A DNA stretch of 63,151 nt, counting the filler. It is 4 parts of 4 records of this genome, joined end to end, with 100 filler letters (N's around TTAATTAATTAA, not from the genome) between each part and the next. Parts side by side here need not be neighbours in the genome. Positions count along the whole stretch, not along the records: positions 56,648 to 63,151 come from DRR723986_4730; 3 more parts are not named here. One strand, given 5' to 3'. Shown piece by piece: positions 60,182-63,151 of this stretch; the first letter of the stretch is position 1, and each line of letters begins with the position of its first letter. A program made the position numbers and the translations under genes. The notes under the pieces were generated by a model, which had not been told where the DNA came from, did not search any database, and saw only the letters and a program-made list of their open reading frames with translations.

Positions 60182-60418
60182 ATGAGCCTTGAAATCGACA
60201 CCATTTTCCGCAGCCGCGCAAACAGCCGCAGTGTTCTGTTTTCTGCCCTTCGTGTTTGTGTGGCAGAGTTCCGGAATTATCTTCGCCGCCGGGAAACTAA
60301 CCGAGCACTTTCTCGCCTGAACGAGAGTGAGCTGAAGGATATCGGCCTGCAACGTACAGAGCTCGGCTACAGCGAGCTGCACGACGACCGCTTCAAGTTG
60401 GGGCCTCGGCGTGGATAA
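60182..60418 (+). CDS. DUF1127 small protein
   Basis: RRRET.RALSRLNESELKDIGL.R; AGGAGA RBS. Confidence 0.85.
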   Translation: MSLEIDTIFRSRANSRSVLFSALRVCVAEFRNYLRRRETNRALSRLNESELKDIGLQRTELGYSELHDDRFKLGPRRG

Positions 60419-60447
60419 ACTTTTCCGGCGGCTGGCAAGTTCTCCTG

Positions 60448-61710
60448 TCAGCCGCCGGATCCACGCATCAATGCCTTTATCTCCGGCTTGTTCCAGGCAA
60501 AGAACATCACCACAAGCGCGGTGAGAGCCGCGATGATCACGCCGTAGAACGGCAGATCCAGATCGAGCCCGATCAGTTCCCCGCCCAGCAACGAGATCAC
60601 GCCCGCCACCAAGGTGAAGACGGCGATGGTCACACCCATGACCCAGCCCTGTTCCTTGTCGCTCACGGCTGCCGAATAAAGCCCGAGAAACGTCGGGTAG
60701 GCGATGCCGAAGGCAAAGTAGAAACAGAAGACCGGCACATAGGTCAGAATTGCGTTGGGCGATGCTATGAAAGCTGCCGCCGACACCGCCCAGACCGTGA
60801 AGGTCATGCCCAGATTAGCTTCCTTGCTGAACCGCTTTTGCGCCGGCACCACCAGAAACGTGCTGGAAAAGGCGAGGGCTATGCCGATCGTCAGCATCAC
60901 CATCGAGCCGCCGAGCGTGCCGTAACCAAAGCGGCTGGTCAGGTAGTTGTCGACGAAGATGTAGAAAGACAGGTTGGCGACGTGGAAGAAGAAGAACACC
61001 ACCGTCAGCCGCATCACTGTCGGATACTTGCGGATACGCCATAGAAGCTCGAGAATTTCCGAAGGCCGGAACACGAATTTCTGCCGCTCCGCCTCGGCGT
61101 CGTGTGCATCCTTGAATGAGAATATCACCAGCAGGATGGCAATCAGCACCAGCACGAAACAGGCATAGAACGGCAGTTTGATGCTCGCCAGGTCGCCAAG
61201 CAGGACCGGGTCCGACAGGAGACCGCCGAGCAGCGGGCCGCCGACCAACCCGAAGCTGACACCGGTGATGATATAGCCCATGTTCCGGTTGCGGTCCTCG
61301 TCATCCGTGCTGCCGTCGATCATCGCAGCCTGCGCGATCGGCTGGTTGCCCGCAGTCAGCCCGGTGATCGCGCGGCCCAGGATCAGGAGCAGGAAGCTGT
61401 TGAGATAGAGCGCTGCTATGGTGAGCGCATAACCGCCGAGCGCGCCGAACAGGCAGATCAGGATCGCGTTCTTGCGACCGATGACATCCGACAGTTTGGA
61501 GATGTAGGGCGCACCGAAGAACCAGCACAAGAAGAAGACGCCGATGATGAGGCCGTAATCGAAATGGCGCATCGCGTCGCTGGTGGACTGCGGCAACATC
61601 GACGTCGACGGTTCCATCACCAGGGAATTGATGATCGGAAACACCAGCCCCTGACCGAGCAGGTCGACAAAGACAACAAAAAGTAACGTGACCTTGGCAA
61701 GAAATGACAT
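60448..61710 (-). CDS. MFS transporter (TetA/DHA1-like)
   Basis: KLSDVIGRK, GRAITG..AG, GPLLGG; 12 TM segments. Confidence 0.9.
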   Translation of the reverse strand: MSFLAKVTLLFVVFVDLLGQGLVFPIINSLVMEPSTSMLPQSTSDAMRHFDYGLIIGVFFLCWFFGAPYISKLSDVIGRKNAILICLFGALGGYALTIAALYLNSFLLLILGRAITGLTAGNQPIAQAAMIDGSTDDEDRNRNMGYIITGVSFGLVGGPLLGGLLSDPVLLGDLASIKLPFYACFVLVLIAILLVIFSFKDAHDAEAERQKFVFRPSEILELLWRIRKYPTVMRLTVVFFFFHVANLSFYIFVDNYLTSRFGYGTLGGSMVMLTIGIALAFSSTFLVVPAQKRFSKEANLGMTFTVWAVSAAAFIASPNAILTYVPVFCFYFAFGIAYPTFLGLYSAAVSDKEQGWVMGVTIAVFTLVAGVISLLGGELIGLDLDLPFYGVIIAALTALVVMFFAWNKPEIKALMRGSGG

Positions 61711-61861
61711 CTGCGCCTCCCGTCAATTTTGACGGTAGGCGAAGGAGAGGGATGCGGCAACGAAAAGCTGTGCCGGGTAGGGGCGGCGGATGAACGGTGC
61801 TGCATGCAGACGAACTGCTGGAGTGCGCTTACCCGCCCGGTACCGGGCAAGTTTCTTTCAA

Positions 61862-61887
61862 CAGAAAACGGGCCCCGAAGGGCCCGT
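61862..61887 (-). terminator. Rho-independent terminator after the NDUFA9-family gene
   Basis: ACGGGCCC-CGAA-GGGCCCGT stem followed on the minus strand by a short T-rich tail. Confidence 0.7.
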
Positions 61888-61912
61888 CGAAGAAGTCATG
61901 TGCAAGCAGGCC

Positions 61913-62887
61913 TTACGCCGGCCGGTGCGCGTCGTACTGGCCGTGCTCGCGGTAGCGTTCCAGGTAGGTCGGCAAAACGGCGGCCAGCGTTGCCGGAGGA
62001 ATGCCGATGCCTTCCAGGGTGCGGCCTTCCGCCTTTGCCTTGTCAGACACCACGTTGTCGGTTTTCAGCAGCTCGACCTGATCGGCTGTGAACGGCGCGT
62101 AGGGGAAGAGCTGCAGAACCTTGCCCATGGCAGATGCGACAGGGAAGGGCAGCGGCAACAGAACGCGGTTGCGGCGGGTGACTTCCAGAACGTCTTCCAG
62201 GCAAGACTTGAAGCTTTTCACTTCAGGGCCGCCGAGTTCATACGTGGTGCCACCGGCAAGCTGGCCATCGACAGCGCGGGCAACGGCTTCGGCAACGTCG
62301 CAGACATAAACCGGCTGGAACTTGGACTCGCCGCCACCAAGCAGCGGCAGCACAGGCGAGAAGCGGGCCATGTCGGCAAACTTGTTGAAGAACTTGTCTT
62401 CCGGACCGAACACGATGGATGGCCGCAGGATGACGCTGCCGGGCAGAGTTTCCAGAACCCCGGCTTCGCCGACCGCCTTGGAGCGGGCGTAGGCGGAGCT
62501 GCTTTGCGCGTCCGCACCGATGGCAGAGATATGCGTGATCCGATCAAGGCCAGCGGCACGCGCGGCTTCCGCGATCGCTCGCGGACCGAAACTCTGCACC
62601 GCGTCGAAGGACTGTTTGCCGCTGGGGTCCAGGATGCCGACGGCGTTGACCACCGCATCCGCGCCGATCACGGCCCGGTCGACCGACCAGCGATAGCGCA
62701 GGTTGGCCTGTACCGGCATGATCTGGCCAACGGCGCCAAGCGGCTGAAGATGAGTCGCCAGATCGGGACGGCGGACGGCTGCGCGCACGCGGTAACCGCG
62801 CTTGGCGAGCGCCTGAACGATATGACGGCCAAGGAATCCCGATCCGCCGAAAACCGTGACGAGTTTGCCGTTAAGTGCTGTGGACAT
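61913..62887 (-). CDS. Complex I NDUFA9-family (atypical SDR) protein
   Basis: VFGGSGFLG, VNAVGIL, YARSKA.GE, RPSIVFGPED.FFN. Confidence 0.9.
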   Translation of the reverse strand: MSTALNGKLVTVFGGSGFLGRHIVQALAKRGYRVRAAVRRPDLATHLQPLGAVGQIMPVQANLRYRWSVDRAVIGADAVVNAVGILDPSGKQSFDAVQSFGPRAIAEAARAAGLDRITHISAIGADAQSSSAYARSKAVGEAGVLETLPGSVILRPSIVFGPEDKFFNKFADMARFSPVLPLLGGGESKFQPVYVCDVAEAVARAVDGQLAGGTTYELGGPEVKSFKSCLEDVLEVTRRNRVLLPLPFPVASAMGKVLQLFPYAPFTADQVELLKTDNVVSDKAKAEGRTLEGIGIPPATLAAVLPTYLERYREHGQYDAHRPA

Positions 62888-63025
62888 CCTGAAAATGCCT
62901 TCTGTCGCGTCCAAAAGGAGAGGCGGCCTGGAATTTGGCCGGCTCAGTCTGGGAGTTTCTTAGCCCTTTGCCGCGGGTCTGTGAAGGGCTCGCTGTGAAT
63001 GAATAAAAAAAGTCACACAGAGTGA

Positions 63026-63054
63026 TTGACAAGCCCCGGAACCACCCTTACAAG
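63026..63054 (+). promoter_or_regulatory. Sigma-70 promoter of tRNA-Leu
   Basis: TTGACA-N17-TACAAG 11 bp upstream of the tRNA. Confidence 0.65.
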
Positions 63055-63065
63055 CCCCCCTCACA

Positions 63066-63151
63066 GCCCAGGTGGCGGAATTGGTAGACGCACTAGCTTC
63101 AGGTGCTAGCGCTCGCAAGGGCGTGGAGGTTCGAGTCCTCTCCTGGGCACC
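63066..63151 (+). tRNA. tRNA-Leu (CAG)
   Basis: Acceptor stem GCCCAGG/CCTGGGC, anticodon arm CTAGC-TTCAGGT-GCTAG, long variable arm, GGTTCGAGTCC, ends ACC at window edge. Confidence 0.97.

Noticed and set aside
61790-62998. Long antisense ORFs (also 41612-42697, 20837-21814, 59207-60073)
   Set aside because: Shadow frames of well-supported genes in GC-rich DNA, with no recognisable motifs
63066-63151. tRNA-Leu 3' end as an island attachment site
   Set aside because: The window ends here; no integrase or duplicated 3' fragment is visible

Overview
The window is four unrelated contigs joined by 100-bp N-TTAATTAATTAA-N linkers (29524-29623, 51166-51265, 56548-56647), so nothing should be read across those joins. 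Contig 1 (1-29523, betaproteobacterial-like) starts with a short integron cassette array (putative attI, a membrane-anchored DEDDh exonuclease cassette with an intact attC, a DsbA cassette with a broken attC) and a higBA toxin-antitoxin pair. A GntR-led operon of unknown substrate follows: AprA/FrdA-like flavoprotein, two ferredoxins, HEAT-repeat protein, ABC importer with a NosL-like domain fused to its binding protein, DUF971 and Fpr. Then come YeiH/LysR and a MatR-type-controlled malonate decarboxylase operon (mdcACDEGBH) extended by a haloacid dehalogenase, maleate isomerase, a TRAP transporter and a TSUP exporter. Contig 2 (29624-51165, alphaproteobacterial accessory DNA) has TRAP/RraA/FadR genes, several pseudogenes, hipBA with four phased operators, a lipase with a putative immunity gene, and a candidate >10-kb Tn3-family transposon (38-bp IR at 40649; NYN, USP, SulP with a sul1-like RNA, P-type ATPase and ferric reductase cargo; tnpR/tnpA). 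Contig 3 (51266-56547) is Rhodobacteraceae-like core DNA (clpS, hemF) plus a glyoxalase-superfamily gene with a long structured leader. Contig 4 (56648-63151) has queG, GST, uppP, a divergent WYL/DUF1127 pair, MFS, an NDUFA9-family gene and tRNA-Leu(CAG). All family calls and taxonomic impressions come from motif recognition by eye, without database searches.
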